NCBI GenBank assembly: GCA_964596995.1
Contig: CAZQWI010000001.1
Span: 1 to 29,769 of the forward strand
Reading direction: 5' to 3'
Length of the DNA: 29,769 bases
From: an uncultured Pseudomonadales bacterium
GTDB taxonomy: Bacteria > Patescibacteriota > Microgenomatia > UBA1400 > PJMF01
A model generated the notes under the pieces. The model was not told where the DNA came from, ran no database searches, and worked only from the letters and a program-made list of their open reading frames with translations. Within the stretch, counting starts at the first letter, position 1. Every line of letters begins with the position of its first letter. This document shows, piece after piece, positions 28,179-29,769 of this stretch. Both the position numbers and the translations under genes were made by a program.

Positions 28179-29618
28179 TTATTTATACCCGACTGGCACC
28201 TCAGTTAGAACTGGACTTAAGCTCATGCGACGTTTTTCAGGCTCAACATTATCAACATTAACTGTGATAGTGTCACCCTCCTTGAAATCAGCACTAGAAC
28301 CTAGTTTGCTTACGTGAATTAAACCGTCAACTCCTGGCATGACATTAACAAAAGCGCCAAATGGCTCAATCCTAGAGATCTTGCCATCAAAGGTTGTGCC
28401 TGCAGGATACTCTTTTGCTACTTTCTTCCAAGGATCTAGCTTAAGACGTTTTATCGAAAGATTTAACTTGCCTGATTTTTGATCAATTCCAAGAACGCTC
28501 ACTAAAACTCTATCGCCAACCTGGTGATAGTTCTTTGGATGGTCAACCTTTTCCCAGCTTATTTCTGAGATGTGGATTAATCCTTCAACATAGCCAACAT
28601 CTTCTGATGGAAGTTCGTTTTTGGAACGATGTTCTGGTTTTAACTCGCCCTCTTCAACTTTTGAGCTTAGATCGCTACCATCAACAGGAACCTCAACAGT
28701 CATAAATAATCCAAAAGCTTTTACTCCTGAAATGACTCCCGCATAGACGCCTCCTTCTTTGACGGCATCTAAAGCCTGATCACGTTGCGATAGCTGTTTT
28801 TCCTCACTCACATGTCGTTCTGAGAAGATTAAGCGGTTTCTCTCTCGATCAACTTCAACTGCACGAACCTCAAATTTTTTATCGTTAAGATCCTGAATAT
28901 GATCTAGATAACGACGACTAAACTGGCTTGAAGGGACAAAACCTCTGACACCGTTAACTACCACTATCAAACCACCTTTGTTTGCTTCGATGCCTTTGGC
29001 TTCGAGAGTGGTTTCATTATTTAATGCCTCCTCAAAATACTCCCACTTAGCATCGCTAGCAGCACCTTTGAGGCTGAGTAGTACTTGGCCTCTATTATTC
29101 TCTACAGAAATAACGGTCGCTTCAATTGTTTCGCCAACGTTGAGATCTTCAATAAAATCTTGGGCAAAATCAAACTCTTGTTCAGAAACCACACCAAAAC
29201 TTTTGGCGTTAATATCAAGCTTAATCATCTTGGTTGTTTTCTCGATGATCTTACCTTTAATTTTTTCACCTTTTTTGGGAACAACTGGCTCATAGCCAGT
29301 CATCTTAAGAAGCTCCTCCATTGTTTGAGCTTTTGCTTGGGTTTTCGGGGCTTTGGTTTTAGGTTCAGAAGAGTTTTTTTCTTCTGGTTTAACTGAGGGC
29401 TCTTTTGATTCTTTAGATTCTTTTACCTTAGGCTTAGCTGGTTTTTCAGCCACAACTTTTTTTGTAGCTTTCTTAGTAGCTACTTTTTTAGTTGTCTTCT
29501 TTGTTTCTTTTTTTACTTTTTCTTCTACCTTTGTTGGTTTTTTAACTGTCTTTTTTTTCTTTACCTCTTGGCTACCTTTGCTGGTAGCTTTCTTTGTTGT
29601 CTTAGTCGATGTTGCCAT
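28179..29618 (-). CDS. rpsA: 30S ribosomal protein S1, four-OB-domain type, with long Lys-rich N-terminal extension
   Basis: MEELL, G..IEK...LDI.AKS.G.V, GGLIV.V.GVRGFVPSSQ, VEGLIHISEISW and FGAFV.V.PGVDGLIHVS. Confidence 0.9.
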   Translation of the reverse strand: MATSTKTTKKATSKGSQEVKKKKTVKKPTKVEEKVKKETKKTTKKVATKKATKKVVAEKPAKPKVKESKESKEPSVKPEEKNSSEPKTKAPKTQAKAQTMEELLKMTGYEPVVPKKGEKIKGKIIEKTTKMIKLDINAKSFGVVSEQEFDFAQDFIEDLNVGETIEATVISVENNRGQVLLSLKGAASDAKWEYFEEALNNETTLEAKGIEANKGGLIVVVNGVRGFVPSSQFSRRYLDHIQDLNDKKFEVRAVEVDRERNRLIFSERHVSEEKQLSQRDQALDAVKEGGVYAGVISGVKAFGLFMTVEVPVDGSDLSSKVEEGELKPEHRSKNELPSEDVGYVEGLIHISEISWEKVDHPKNYHQVGDRVLVSVLGIDQKSGKLNLSIKRLKLDPWKKVAKEYPAGTTFDGKISRIEPFGAFVNVMPGVDGLIHVSKLGSSADFKEGDTITVNVDNVEPEKRRMSLSPVLTEVPVGYK

Positions 29619-29707
29619 AATTAATATTCATTGTTTCGCTATTTGAAAGTATGTTAAACACACAATCAGATGCGAACTGTTAATGTCTCCTTTCATTGAG
29701 TTTGCAG

Positions 29708-29716
29708 AGTATATCA
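29708..29716 (-). promoter_or_regulatory. Extended -10 promoter upstream of rpsA
   Basis: TG-A-TATACT on the minus strand about 90 nt before the ATG. Confidence 0.5.
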
Positions 29717-29769
29717 TAGTAAGAGCAGAGTATCTAGAGAAATTTTTTGTTCTGAGCGTTGTTAACAAA

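Overview
AT-rich bacterial chromosomal window using genetic code 11. Gene content suggests Patescibacteria/CPR, probably Microgenomates (inference from DUF5667/DUF5657-like proteins, an 'IPTIVGLL' Fn3 surface protein, pilN/pilO, an unlinked 23S and no Shine-Dalgarno motifs). Order: smpB (partial), GT-C-like membrane protein, LiaF-like small protein, cmk >< class A PBP, class II RNR (nrdJ), nrdR, DUF5667-like protein, degenerate CPBP protease, archaeal-type CMK-like kinase, RnlA-like HEPN protein <> second class A PBP, GH18 >< Fn3/Ig surface protein, hypothetical, pilO, pilN, murJ <> rpsT, lepA, PH-domain protein, small membrane protein >< 5S, 23S, tRNA-Ala (no 16S), hypothetical, an uncalled 51-aa ORF, rpsA. 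No CRISPR array, transposase, intein or rRNA intron was seen. Strongest leads: (1) a co-oriented HEPN RNase / Walker-A-Lys-less kinase / degenerate CPBP / DUF5667 unit with no recognisable antitoxin; (2) a remodelled ribosome, with a hairpin inserted in 5S loop C, a 23S insertion, a shortened L1-stalk H78, PTC substitutions and Lys-rich tails on S1 and S20; (3) a possible rod-shaped ncRNA beside the rRNA promoter; (4) variant tandem NrdR boxes. All family assignments are by-eye motif recognition, not database hits.
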